Assembly: GCA_965215975.1 (NCBI GenBank) | Contig: OZ244136.1 | Coordinates: 1,252,412-1,316,411, forward strand | DNA: 64,000 nucleotides | From: Dehalococcoidia bacterium | Lineage (GTDB): Bacteria > Chloroflexota > Dehalococcoidia > Lucifugimonadales > UBA3495 | Reading direction: 5' to 3' | Shown: one piece after another, positions 9,536 through 19,221 of the stretch | Layout: the number at the start of each line of letters is the position of its first letter | How positions within the stretch are numbered: position 1 is the stretch's first letter | Program-made: the position numbers and the translations under genes | The notes under the pieces: generated by a model | Told to the model about the DNA's origin: nothing | The model's input: only the letters and a program-made list of their open reading frames with translations | The model's database searches: none

Positions 9536-10843
9536 ATGAGTCACTTGGACGACGATAGCATCATAAATGTTGGCCTTCTGGGCCTTGGCGTGGTCGGCGG
9601 TGGCGTCGCTGCTGCCCTTCTCGAACATTCCGGCGGCATGGCCGGCAAGGTCGGCCGCACGGTTAACCTTAAAAGAGTCCTGGTCCGCGACCCTTCAAAA
9701 AAGCGGGACGTTGACCTCCCGGACCACCTGATTACGACCAACCCCGAGGATATCCTGGCCGACCCGGATATTGCGCTAGTGGTCGAAGTTATTGGTGGCG
9801 AAAGCCCTGCGGCCCAGTACCTGGAAGGCGCCCTGCTGGCTGGCAAGCACGTTGTAACCGCCAACAAGGAAGTGATGGCCAAGCGGGGGCCCGAACTGCT
9901 TTCCCTGGCCCAGCGCAAGGGCGTAAACCTGCTCTACGAAGCCAGCGTCGGTGGCGGTATTCCCATAATCGGCTGCCTGGTCAAGGAACTGGCGGCCAAC
10001 CGGTTCCGTTCCGTCCGCAGCATAATCAACGGTACTACCAACTACATCCTCACCCGCATGGCCAACGACCACACCGACTTCTCGCTGGCCCTGGCCGAAG
10101 CCCAGGAACAGGGTTACGCCGAGGCCGACCCCACCAACGACATCGAGGGTTACGACGCCGTTTACAAGCTGTCGATACTCGCCGGCCTGGCTTTCCACCG
10201 TCGGGTGCCCCCCCAGGCCATTTACCGCGAAGGCATCACCCGACTGCAAGCCCAGGACTTTCGCTACGCCCACGAACTGGGCTACGCCATCAAGTCCCTG
10301 GCCATCGCTACCATGGAGGATGGCGCAATACAGGCCCGGGTGTATCCGGCCCTGATTCCTCAGGATAATATGTTAGCCAAGGTAGATGGGGTGTATAATG
10401 CGGTGGAAGTGGAGGGCAACCTCTGCGGACAGGTGCTCTTTCACGGTCGGGGCGCCGGACGGGGGCCAACCACCAGCGCCGTGGTGGGCGACTTAATTGA
10501 GATAGCCCGGAACCTGGGTTCAAAGTCGGCTTCTCTTCCTTCGGTGGCCTTGGACGATGCCGGCGGTCTTAAGTCCATCGACGACCTGGAGTGCAAGTAT
10601 TTCCTCCGGCTTAACATTGCCGACCGGCCCGGGGTGCTGGCCCAGATAGCGCGTATCCTAGGCGAGCAGAACATCAGCATCGCTTCGGTTCTCCAGAAGG
10701 ACGCCGATCCGGCAGCCAAGACCGCTGAAATCGTTATCACCACCCATCCGGCTCGGGAGTCTTCGGTGCAGAAGTCCCTGGAGTTGGCCCAAAATCTGGA
10801 GGTAGTGCAGGAAATCAACAGCCTCTTGCGCATAGAAGAATAG
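9536..10843 (+). CDS. hom: Homoserine dehydrogenase with ACT domain
   Basis: GLLGLGVVGGG, VVTANK, EASVGGGIP, INGTTNYIL, GYAEADPTNDIEG. Confidence 0.96.
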   Translation: MSHLDDDSIINVGLLGLGVVGGGVAAALLEHSGGMAGKVGRTVNLKRVLVRDPSKKRDVDLPDHLITTNPEDILADPDIALVVEVIGGESPAAQYLEGALLAGKHVVTANKEVMAKRGPELLSLAQRKGVNLLYEASVGGGIPIIGCLVKELAANRFRSVRSIINGTTNYILTRMANDHTDFSLALAEAQEQGYAEADPTNDIEGYDAVYKLSILAGLAFHRRVPPQAIYREGITRLQAQDFRYAHELGYAIKSLAIATMEDGAIQARVYPALIPQDNMLAKVDGVYNAVEVEGNLCGQVLFHGRGAGRGPTTSAVVGDLIEIARNLGSKSASLPSVALDDAGGLKSIDDLECKYFLRLNIADRPGVLAQIARILGEQNISIASVLQKDADPAAKTAEIVITTHPARESSVQKSLELAQNLEVVQEINSLLRIEE

Positions 10844-11011
10844 GGTTGCCGGTGGCTGGCAAGGCAGGTAGACAGCCCCAACTCGTCATTTCGGCGAAGG
10901 CCGGAGTGCGAGAATGCTGGGCTTAAGCCGCCTTCTTGGACAGGAAGGTTTCCGGCTACGGCATTTGCCTACTCAGCAGGCGCAGGGGTTGCGTTCGATA
11001 GTTGCGATAGT

Positions 11012-12070
11012 ATGGGCATAGGCGTACTGCAGAAATACAAAGAGTTCCTGCCCCTTACCGAGAACACCCCCATGTTCTCCCTAGGGGAGGGAGACACGCC
11101 CCTGGTAAAGTCCAACCATCTCGGCAAAGAGTTGGGCTGCAAGGAACTCTACTTCAAGCTGGAAGGCTGCAATCCCACCGGTTCCTTCAAGGATCGGGGC
11201 ATGGTGGTCGCCATTGCCAAAGCCGTGGAAGACGGCGCCGCGGGCATTATGTGCGCCTCCACCGGCAATACCAGCGCCTCGGCAGCGGCCTACAGCGCCT
11301 ACCTCGGTCTCCAGGCCTATGTCCTGATTCCCAAAGGGGAGGTGGCGCTGGGCAAACTCGCCCAGGCTATGGCATACGGAGCCAAGATAATAATGGTGGA
11401 GGGCAATTTTGATGTCGCCCTCAGCCTCGTCAGAGAATTCACGAAGAATCATCCCATTACCCTGGTCAACTCCGTTAACCCCCATCGCATTGAAGGTCAG
11501 AAGACCGCAGCCTTTGAAGTCGCCGACGTTTTGGGCGATGCCCCGGACTACCTCTTCATTCCGGTTGGCAACGCGGGTAACATTACCGCCTACTGGAAAG
11601 GATTCGTCGAATACCACCAGTTGGAACGCACCAAAACTCTTCCGCATATGATGGGTTTCCAGGCCGCTGGCGCCGCCCCCATAGTCCATGGCTATCCTAT
11701 TGCCAACCCGCAGACCATTGCTTCCGCCATACGCATTGGCAACCCGGCCAGTTGGCAACCGGCCATTAAGGCCCGGGACCAGTCCGGAGGCACCATAGAC
11801 ATGGTCAGCGACGACGAGATCCTCGAAGCCTACCGTCTCCTGGCCTCCCGCGAAGGGTTGTTTGGCGAACCGGCCTCGGCGGCCTCGGTTGCCGGGCTGA
11901 TGAAGCTGGTAGATCAGGGGTTGAATCTAGCCGACCAGCGTGTAGTATGTATCATTACCGGAACCGGTCTTAAGGACCCCGACCTCGCAGTAAGTAGCGT
12001 CACCGCCCAGACCATCGAGGTGGAGCCAACCATGGAGGCCGTAGAAGCGGCAACCCTGTCCCCCGTATAG
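11012..12070 (+). CDS. thrC: Threonine synthase
   Basis: [36 protein letters not shown]. Confidence 0.94.
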   Translation: MGIGVLQKYKEFLPLTENTPMFSLGEGDTPLVKSNHLGKELGCKELYFKLEGCNPTGSFKDRGMVVAIAKAVEDGAAGIMCASTGNTSASAAAYSAYLGLQAYVLIPKGEVALGKLAQAMAYGAKIIMVEGNFDVALSLVREFTKNHPITLVNSVNPHRIEGQKTAAFEVADVLGDAPDYLFIPVGNAGNITAYWKGFVEYHQLERTKTLPHMMGFQAAGAAPIVHGYPIANPQTIASAIRIGNPASWQPAIKARDQSGGTIDMVSDDEILEAYRLLASREGLFGEPASAASVAGLMKLVDQGLNLADQRVVCIITGTGLKDPDLAVSSVTAQTIEVEPTMEAVEAATLSPV

Positions 12071-12108
12071 AGTAACCATACAGAATTTGCCAAAGGGCGG
12101 AGAATACT

Positions 12109-12666
12109 ATTCAGCCACGGATTGAACATATCATCGCTGATCTTCTGGAAGCGATTGGAGAAAGTCCGACCCGCCAGGGTCTGAGAGATACCCCCCAGCG
12201 GGTAGCTCGTATGTACGGCGAACTTTTCTCCGGTGTGGGCCTTGACCCCAAAGATGCCATTGACGCCGTTTTTGACGAGGAGAGCGCCGACCCGGTAATT
12301 CTGCGCAATGTCTCCTTTTATTCCGTGTGCGAGCACCACCTTCTGCCCTTCTTTGGCTCCGCCAGTTTGGCTTACGTCCCCAACGGCCGCATCGCCGGCA
12401 TCAGCAAGCTTGCCCGCTCCCTTGACTTGGCCTGCCGCCGTCCCCAGGTACAGGAACGCTTGACCGGTCAAGTTGCCGACGCCATCCTGACGGCCCTCAC
12501 ACCCCAGGGTGTGGCGGTAGAACTGGAAGCGGAACATCTCTGCATGGCCATGCGCGGCATCCAGAAGCAAGGAGCGAGGGTGGTCACCACTGCCGTCAGG
12601 GGCGAATTCCCCGATGGCCGCTGGGACGGGAACAGTCTGTTGGCCCTGTTGCGGAGGGATTCCTGA
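12109..12666 (+). CDS. folE: GTP cyclohydrolase I, probable ATT start
   Basis: SVCEHHLLPF, GISKLAR, RRPQVQERLT, HLCMAMRG; conserved N-terminus LLEAIGESPTRQGLRDTPQRVARM lies upstream of the track ATG (12211). Confidence 0.92.
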   Translation: MQPRIEHIIADLLEAIGESPTRQGLRDTPQRVARMYGELFSGVGLDPKDAIDAVFDEESADPVILRNVSFYSVCEHHLLPFFGSASLAYVPNGRIAGISKLARSLDLACRRPQVQERLTGQVADAILTALTPQGVAVELEAEHLCMAMRGIQKQGARVVTTAVRGEFPDGRWDGNSLLALLRRDS

Positions 12667-12676
12667 TTTGACCACC

Positions 12677-13672
12677 ATGGCTGCAACCCCTCTAAATTCA
12701 TTCCAGGAAATCCAGTCTGAATGGCTGGACCTGTTGGCCCAGTGTCCCGTTAACACCTTTTATCTGATGCCCCAGTGGCAGGAAGTTTGGTGGGAGTCCT
12801 TTAGCGATGGGCGGGAAATGGCCGGTTTCTATGTGCAGCGGCCCGAAGGTGTCGCCGCCATTGCTTCCCTGTCCCGCCAGGGTGACGACCTCTCCTTCGT
12901 GGGCAGCACCGAGACCTTCGACTACAACGACTTCATGATTCGCCCTGGTTCGGAGGCGGACTTCTTTTCCGCTCTGATGGATTGGCTGTCCCAGGGTGAT
13001 TGGAAGGAATTTGAGCTTCCTTCCTTGATTGAAGGCTCTCCTACTTTGGAATATCTGCCCGACCTTGCCCGCGAGCAGGGCTATTCGGTTGAGATAGCCG
13101 AGGAGGACGTAACTCCTGGGCTGGAACTGCCGGTCACCTGGGACGAATACCTGTCCAGTCTGTCCAAGAAGAACCGCCACGAACTGCGCCGAAAGCTCCG
13201 TCGACTGGAGGCAGTGGAAGGCTGGCGTTGGTACTGCGTAAGCGAGCCGGATGAGGTAATTCCCCGGTTGGGTGACTTCCTGTCCTTGATGCGTCAGAGC
13301 GACCCTGAAAAGGACGCCTATATGACCCCCGAAAGGGAGGTCTTTTTCCGCCGGATGGCCGAGCGCACCGCGGAACTGGACATGCTGCGCCTCTTCTTCC
13401 TGGAAATGGACGGGAAGGACGTAGCCACCGCACTCTGTTTCGACTATAACGGGACCCGTTTCCTTTACAATAGCGGGTATAATCCGGAATACGCCTACTA
13501 CAGCGTCGGCCTGTTGCTGAATGCCCTGTGCCTTCGGGAAGCTATCGAGCAGAAAAAGGCCTACTTCGACTTCTTGCGCGGCCCGGAGCCTTACAAGTAC
13601 CATCTTGGCGGCCTCAACCGCACCATCTACCGCATGGTCGTAAGCAAACCCTCGTCGGCGGACCACAGTTGA
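12677..13672 (+). CDS. GNAT-family protein (CelD/BcsL, FemAB-like tandem GNAT)
   Basis: DYNDF, WDEYLSSLSKKNRHELRRKLRRL, FLYNSGYNPEY..SVGLLL..FDFLRGPEPYKY; start TTG 12668 or ATG 12677. Confidence 0.85.
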   Translation: MAATPLNSFQEIQSEWLDLLAQCPVNTFYLMPQWQEVWWESFSDGREMAGFYVQRPEGVAAIASLSRQGDDLSFVGSTETFDYNDFMIRPGSEADFFSALMDWLSQGDWKEFELPSLIEGSPTLEYLPDLAREQGYSVEIAEEDVTPGLELPVTWDEYLSSLSKKNRHELRRKLRRLEAVEGWRWYCVSEPDEVIPRLGDFLSLMRQSDPEKDAYMTPEREVFFRRMAERTAELDMLRLFFLEMDGKDVATALCFDYNGTRFLYNSGYNPEYAYYSVGLLLNALCLREAIEQKKAYFDFLRGPEPYKYHLGGLNRTIYRMVVSKPSSADHS

Positions 13673-14913
13673 ACGAAGCAAGAGTAGCCTTCATATCTTT
13701 CCACGCAAGCCCGCTGGCCGCCCCGGGCGAGGGCAAGGCCGGAGGCATGAACGTCTATGTGCGGCAGCTGGCCCGGTCCCTGGGCAATATTGGTGTGCCC
13801 GTGGACGTCTTTACCCGCGAATACCGTGAAGACGCCGGCTGCGCGGATATGGCGGAGATGATAGAAGACATCTCCGGCAATGTGCGGGTTATCCACCTGC
13901 CCGCCGGTGCGCCCGACGCCCCTATGGACTCCTTTTTCGGCTTGCTGCCCGAATTCCTGGAGAAAATGCAGGCCTTCACCCGCCGCAACGGGATCACCTA
14001 CCGGGCGGTCCATACCCACTACTGGCTTTCTGGCTGGTTGGGGCAGGCCTTCAGCCGCTGGCTGGATATTCCCCACGTCATCACCTTCCACACCCTGTCC
14101 CGCATCAAGATGCAGTCCCGGCCCGGTGAACGGGAACCCATGCAGCGGCAGGAAGTGGAGGAACAACTGATCGCCTCCGCCGATCGCATCATTGCCTTCA
14201 GTCCCCACGAGCGGGATGCCATGGCGCGTCTCTACGGAGCGGACGCCAACCGCATCCAACTCGCCCCCTGTGGCGTTGACCTGGGCACTTTCCGGCCCCT
14301 GGACCGCGAAGAATCCCGCAAGCAGCTGGGCCTGAACGGGGACAAGGTTCTCCTGTACGTGGGCCGCATCGAGTCCCTCAAAGGCGTGGAACTGCTGGTA
14401 CGCACCACCGCCCAACTGGACACCTGCGAACCGGTGCGCGTACTGGTGGTGGGCGACGACAACGGGCAGGACCGCGAGGTGGATCGCCTCCGGGAACTGG
14501 CCGACACGCTCGATGTGGGTGAATCTATAGACTTCGTGGGTCGGGTCCCTCAGGATGAGCTTCCGGTCTATTACAGCGCTGCCGACGTATGTGTCGTTCC
14601 TTCCTTTTATGAAAGTTTCGGCCTTGCCGCCCTGGAATCCATGGCGTGCGGCACTCCGGTGGTTGCCTCCCGCGTTGGCGGCCTTTCCACCGTAGTCCAG
14701 CATGGCAGCACCGGCTACCTCAAGTCCTGGCGTTGTCCCGAAGCTTTCGCCAATTCCCTTGAGATGCTAATATCAAGCAAAAGCCTGCAGCACAGCATGG
14801 GTTTGGCCGCCCGCCGCCGGGCCGAGGATATGAGCTGGGACAAGGTGGCCGAACAGATAGCTGGAGTTTATGAGACTCTGGCAAAAGAAAGGTCTGCTTC
14901 CGGCACGACCTGA
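13669..14913 (+). CDS. mshA: MshA-like GT4 glycosyltransferase (D-inositol-3-phosphate glycosyltransferase family)
   Basis: HASPLAAPGEGKAGGMNVYV, HTHYWLSG, TFHTL, PSFYESFGLAALESMACGTPVV; TTG start overlaps the GNAT stop. Confidence 0.8.
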   Translation: MNEARVAFISFHASPLAAPGEGKAGGMNVYVRQLARSLGNIGVPVDVFTREYREDAGCADMAEMIEDISGNVRVIHLPAGAPDAPMDSFFGLLPEFLEKMQAFTRRNGITYRAVHTHYWLSGWLGQAFSRWLDIPHVITFHTLSRIKMQSRPGEREPMQRQEVEEQLIASADRIIAFSPHERDAMARLYGADANRIQLAPCGVDLGTFRPLDREESRKQLGLNGDKVLLYVGRIESLKGVELLVRTTAQLDTCEPVRVLVVGDDNGQDREVDRLRELADTLDVGESIDFVGRVPQDELPVYYSAADVCVVPSFYESFGLAALESMACGTPVVASRVGGLSTVVQHGSTGYLKSWRCPEAFANSLEMLISSKSLQHSMGLAARRRAEDMSWDKVAEQIAGVYETLAKERSASGTT

Positions 14914-15132
14914 ACCAATCCAGGCAACAATTCCGGGCGCCGTAGCTTCCCCAATTTCGCGCCGAGCCTGCTCTCTTTTGAGCTTGATTGAGGAGCAAGA
15001 AACGCTCCTCTTGGTTGACGTGTGTTCTCCCACAGGCAGTTCCGGTCCTGTTGACGCGGTAATTAAAATACCGGGCCTCGGGGAACTGTACCCCCAATTG
15101 TCATCCCGGTCATAGAGGGACGGAAAGAAACG

Positions 15133-15804
15133 ATGGCGGGCCCCCAAGAACAGCGAAGAATCTTTCCACGCAGAATGCTCATCCATTTTGAGGCTACCCT
15201 TGCCGCCGGCCTGTTGGTAATTCTGCCCCTTTTCATCACCATCTGGATCATGAAGTTCATCTTCGACCTCGTTGATCCGATTCTGCAAACGATATTGTTG
15301 GACTACCTTCCTATACCCCACTATCCCGGCATGGGTGTGCTCCTCATGTTGGTGCTGCTGTACGTTGCCGGTTGGTTCACAACTCACGTTTTGGGGCAGA
15401 AGATGATTAACAGCGCCCACTGGCTGGTGGAGCGCATCCCCGGTGTGGGCACCATCTACAGCCCCTTGCGTACTGCTATGCAGACCTTGGGCAAAAACGA
15501 TGATCGCCCCTATCGTGGTGTCGTCCTGGTTGAATTCCCCCGTCAAGGCTCCAAGGCCATTGGTCTGATCACTTCCTACCTAGGTGAGACCGACGGCGAG
15601 GACATGCTGGCGGTTTACGTCCCCACTACTCCTGTACCTTCCTCTGGCTTCCTCATAGTGGTGCCTTACGCCGACGTGATCTTCACCGACATCAGCGTAG
15701 ACGACGCCATGAAAATAATTATTTCCGGCGGTTTGCTGGCTGGCTCACTCTTGGGAGAACCCAAAGTGGAAGTGCCTCTCCTCACCGAACGCGACCACGA
15801 CTGA
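15133..15804 (+). CDS. DUF502 membrane protein
   Basis: AGLLVILPLFITIWI, RIPGVGTIYS, VLVEFPR, VYVPTTPVPSSGF, AMKIIISGG. Confidence 0.88.
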   Translation: MAGPQEQRRIFPRRMLIHFEATLAAGLLVILPLFITIWIMKFIFDLVDPILQTILLDYLPIPHYPGMGVLLMLVLLYVAGWFTTHVLGQKMINSAHWLVERIPGVGTIYSPLRTAMQTLGKNDDRPYRGVVLVEFPRQGSKAIGLITSYLGETDGEDMLAVYVPTTPVPSSGFLIVVPYADVIFTDISVDDAMKIIISGGLLAGSLLGEPKVEVPLLTERDHD

Positions 15805-16161
15805 CCGTGTAGCTGGCAGTTCTCCGCCCAACCCCGACGTCCATTTACACTCCTTCAATTAAGGTACCTCCTCGCCAGCAGCTTCACTTGTACCTGAAGG
15901 CTGCGGAAGGTATTATTATTCTTACCGGCATACGTGTCCCGGAAAGTTACAAGCCAGCAGGGAACAAATCCACGAATACCTGGACTTGCCAATCGCCTCG
16001 TCGAAGTCGACAAAGGCCGGGCCCGGCTGGAGGCTATCTCGCCGGACTGCAAACCCACAGCCCTCAAATCAATGCTTGCGATAGTCGTGGTCTGGCACCC
16101 TTTTGGGAGTAATTCCCAGTCATGGCCGTCGATAAACGGGTTCAGTTAAAGGAGATCTTGC

Positions 16162-16869
16162 ATGGAAGAAACCCCTCAGCGAGTACTGGTAGTCACCCCA
16201 CATCCTGATGACGCGGAAATCTGGTGCGGCGGCACCCTGGCCCGCTGGATAGGTCAGGGCGCAGAAGTCTCTTACGTGGTTTGCACCGACGGCGGCAAGG
16301 GCACCGACAAGCCCGGCATCACCGCCGCCGAACTGGCCGCCGCTCGGGACCAGGAACAGATGGCTGCCGCCGAAGTGCTGGGGGTCAAGGAAGTGGTCAA
16401 GCTCGGCTACCCCGACGGCGAACTGGAAGACACCGGCGAGTTCCGTAAACAGTTGGTCCGCGAAATAAGGCGCCTCCGCCCCGAGGTAGTGATGGTCACC
16501 GAGCCTTACGTGCGAAGTTTGGTCTGGCACCGCGACCACCGCATAGCCGGACAGGTGGCTCTGGACGCCGTCTTCCCCTATGCCCGAGACCATCTTCACT
16601 TCGGCGAACTGTGGAGCGAAGAAGGCCTCGAACCCCACAAGACGGGCACCATCCTGTTCTGGGGCACTGAGCGGGCCGACACCTTCGTCGACATCGGCGA
16701 GACTATGGAAGTAAAGCTGGCCGCAGTCCAGGCCCACAAGAGCCAGGTGGCCGACCACCCGGAGCGCGAAGTCGTGGACTACGTGTACCAGCGCGCCCGA
16801 GACGCAGGTACGGAAGCGGGCTGTGAGTACGCCGAAGCCTTCCGCAGGGCCAACTTCCGCACTGGCTAG
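16162..16869 (+). CDS. PIG-L/LmbE-family deacetylase (MshB/BshB-like)
   Basis: PHPDDAE, TDGGKG, LGYPDGEL, HRDHR, AHKSQ. Confidence 0.9.
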   Translation: MEETPQRVLVVTPHPDDAEIWCGGTLARWIGQGAEVSYVVCTDGGKGTDKPGITAAELAAARDQEQMAAAEVLGVKEVVKLGYPDGELEDTGEFRKQLVREIRRLRPEVVMVTEPYVRSLVWHRDHRIAGQVALDAVFPYARDHLHFGELWSEEGLEPHKTGTILFWGTERADTFVDIGETMEVKLAAVQAHKSQVADHPEREVVDYVYQRARDAGTEAGCEYAEAFRRANFRTG

Positions 16870-16942
16870 GGTTCAATTCCCACAAGTTAGCTGTGGGTCT
16901 AAAGGTAGGCACCAAATAAAGGAAGGCGAACGGGCAGAATTT

Positions 16943-16969
16943 GTAGGGGCAGCCCTTGTGGCTGCCCTT
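16943..16969 (+). repeat. GTAG-type REP palindrome
   Basis: GTAGGGGCAGCCCTTGTGGCTGCCCTT; related copies inside the 28.3-29.0 kb array. Confidence 0.7.
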
Positions 16970-17760
16970 TGGTTCGAAGAATATATCTTCCTAAATGAAC
17001 GGGAACGGAAGGGATGTGGTGCTAGTATTACAACGACAGTTCAAGGGGGATATTCCGAGATGAGCGCGAAGCGTACCGGCGCTTGGCGTGAGACCGACCG
17101 GCTCGCTCGTTGCATTCTTGCGTCTGCTTCAGCCACCGCAGCAGTTCAGCCGGCCCGAACCGTTCCCGGGGCAGCATCTCCCGCACCACCCGGTAGACCT
17201 GCGGTCTCGTGATCCGGGGCATCTTTTTCCCCCCAAGCCTGTTGCAGGCCCAGGAGAAAAGCCCCGCCCAGCAGACACAGGGCCACGTGGTGATGCCATC
17301 CCGCCCAGGTGCGGGTCTCGTACTCGTCCAGTCCCACGTCGCTCTTTTCCGTCTCGAACTCCGTTTCTATTCTCCACCGGGAACCGCCCACGTAGGCCAG
17401 GGTCTCCAACGGTGTATCCTCCGGAGCATTGGACAGGTAGTAGCGCGGTTCGCTGCCGTCCAGGTTCCGGCGGTAGACGGCCCAGTGGATTTCACCGGGC
17501 TTGCGCCGGCTGCTGGGCCGCACCCGCTGGGCGCTGAACAGGTAGCTGCGGGGGCCCTGGCTTCCCTCCGCCACCGTAATCTCCCGCCAGGCACCCTCCG
17601 GCAATTCAGCGCTGCGCTCCTCCATGGTCCGCCGCTGTCCGGCCACGAGCCTGGGCTTGGGAGGCCCACCCCGTCCCCGGTAGACCGGAGTGGTCCACTC
17701 CGGTTCCGCCGGCCACACCGTAAATCCCTCCGGAACGTCCAGGACGTAGCGCATCCCTAG

Positions 17761-19217
17761 TATTACAACGACGGTTCAAGGAGGGATGTCCAAGGAGGCA
17801 CGAAGCACGGCTCGGCGCTTGGCATGAGAGCGGCTGGCCCGTTCGTTACTGTCCTGCGTATCCTCCAGCCACCGCAGCAACTCTTCAGGTCCGAACCGTT
17901 CCCGGGGCAGCATCTCACGCACTACCCGGTACACTTGGGGCCGGGTTATCCGGGGCATCTTTTCCCCCCCAAGCCTGTTGCAGGCTCAGGAGGAAGGCTC
18001 CGCCCAGCAGGCACAGGGCCACGTGGTGATGCCAGCCTGCCCAGGTGCGGGTCTCGTACTCGTCCAGGCCCACGTCGCTCTTCTCCGTCTCGAACTCCGT
18101 TTCTATGCGCCACCGGGAACCACCCACGTAGGCCAGGGTCTCCAAGGGGGTATCCTCCGGAGCGTTGGACAGGTAGTAGCGGGGCTCGCTGCCGTCCAGA
18201 TTCCGGCGGTAGACGGCCCAGTGGATTTCGCCGGGCTTACGCCTGCTGGTTGGACGCACCCTCTGGGCACTGAACCGGTAGCTGCGGGGGCCCTGGCTTC
18301 CCTCGGCCACCGTGATCTCCTGCCAGGCCTCCTCCGGCAATTCATAACTGCGCTGCTCCATGGTGCGCCGCTGCCCGCCCACCAGCCTGGGTTTGCGGGG
18401 ACGCCCGATCCCCTGATGCTCCGGACTGGTCCAGGCTGGCTCCAGCGGCCAGACCGTGGTGCCGCCGGGAACGTCCAGCACGTAGCGCATCCCCAGCGCC
18501 GCCAGTCCCTCACGGAATGACGGCGACATCCCGAAGGCGTCGTCCCCCGCAACCCAGCCGGCCCTCAGATTTCCCCGCTCCAAGGCCCGCTCCACCATCT
18601 TCAGCGCCAACTCCGTCTTCGACCGGTAGCCCTGCCTGTCCTCCGGCACACCCGCCGCCTCACACCGGTCTTTGTCCGAGGTCCAGCTGTCCGGCAGATA
18701 CAGCCCTTTGTCCACCAGGGCCCGGCCCAACGGGCTGACATAGGCCAGGAACATTCCCGCCTGGCAGTTGGCCACCTTGCCCAGCCTGCCGCAGTACTGA
18801 CGGGCCACTCCCGCCGACTTCCTGCCCTGCTTGGGGAAGTCGCTGCCGTCCAGCACCCACACCGCATCCGGATGTCCCAGCCGAGGTCCCAGGTACTCTT
18901 GAAGGCGTCCTATGACTGGGTCGTCATCCCAGGGAGATTCAGCGAGAAACCGCTGCATCACCCTGGCTGATGCCGGAACCGTCTCCGACAGGTTCTCGGC
19001 GTTGCGCCGCTCCCCGGACTGCACCAGCAGGGCCTGGAGATAATGGCGGCTGTGGTCCCGCGTCTCCCGGCGGCCAAACAGCGGCGCGAAGTAGGCGTGA
19101 AAATCCTGAAAGGCCCCGTACACCTGCTCGAAAGCCGCCACATCCACTTCCCTGCCCCCCTGCCCAAGCGTTGTCTAACCAGTCCGTCATCCTATCATAT
19201 TAACCGTCGTTGTAATA
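17761..19217 (-). mobile_element. IS701 copy 3 (nested); transposase ORF A 17915-19147, ORF B 17776-17958
   Basis: Perfect IRs TATTACAACGACGGTT / AACCGTCGTTGTAATA with CTAG at 17757-17760 and 19218-19221. Confidence 0.92.
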
Positions 19218-19221
19218 CTAG

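Noticed and set aside
15810..16150. Short ORFs between DUF502 and PIG-L
   Set aside because: Overlapping 70-aa frames with no RBS or motif; possibly a decayed gene but not supportable
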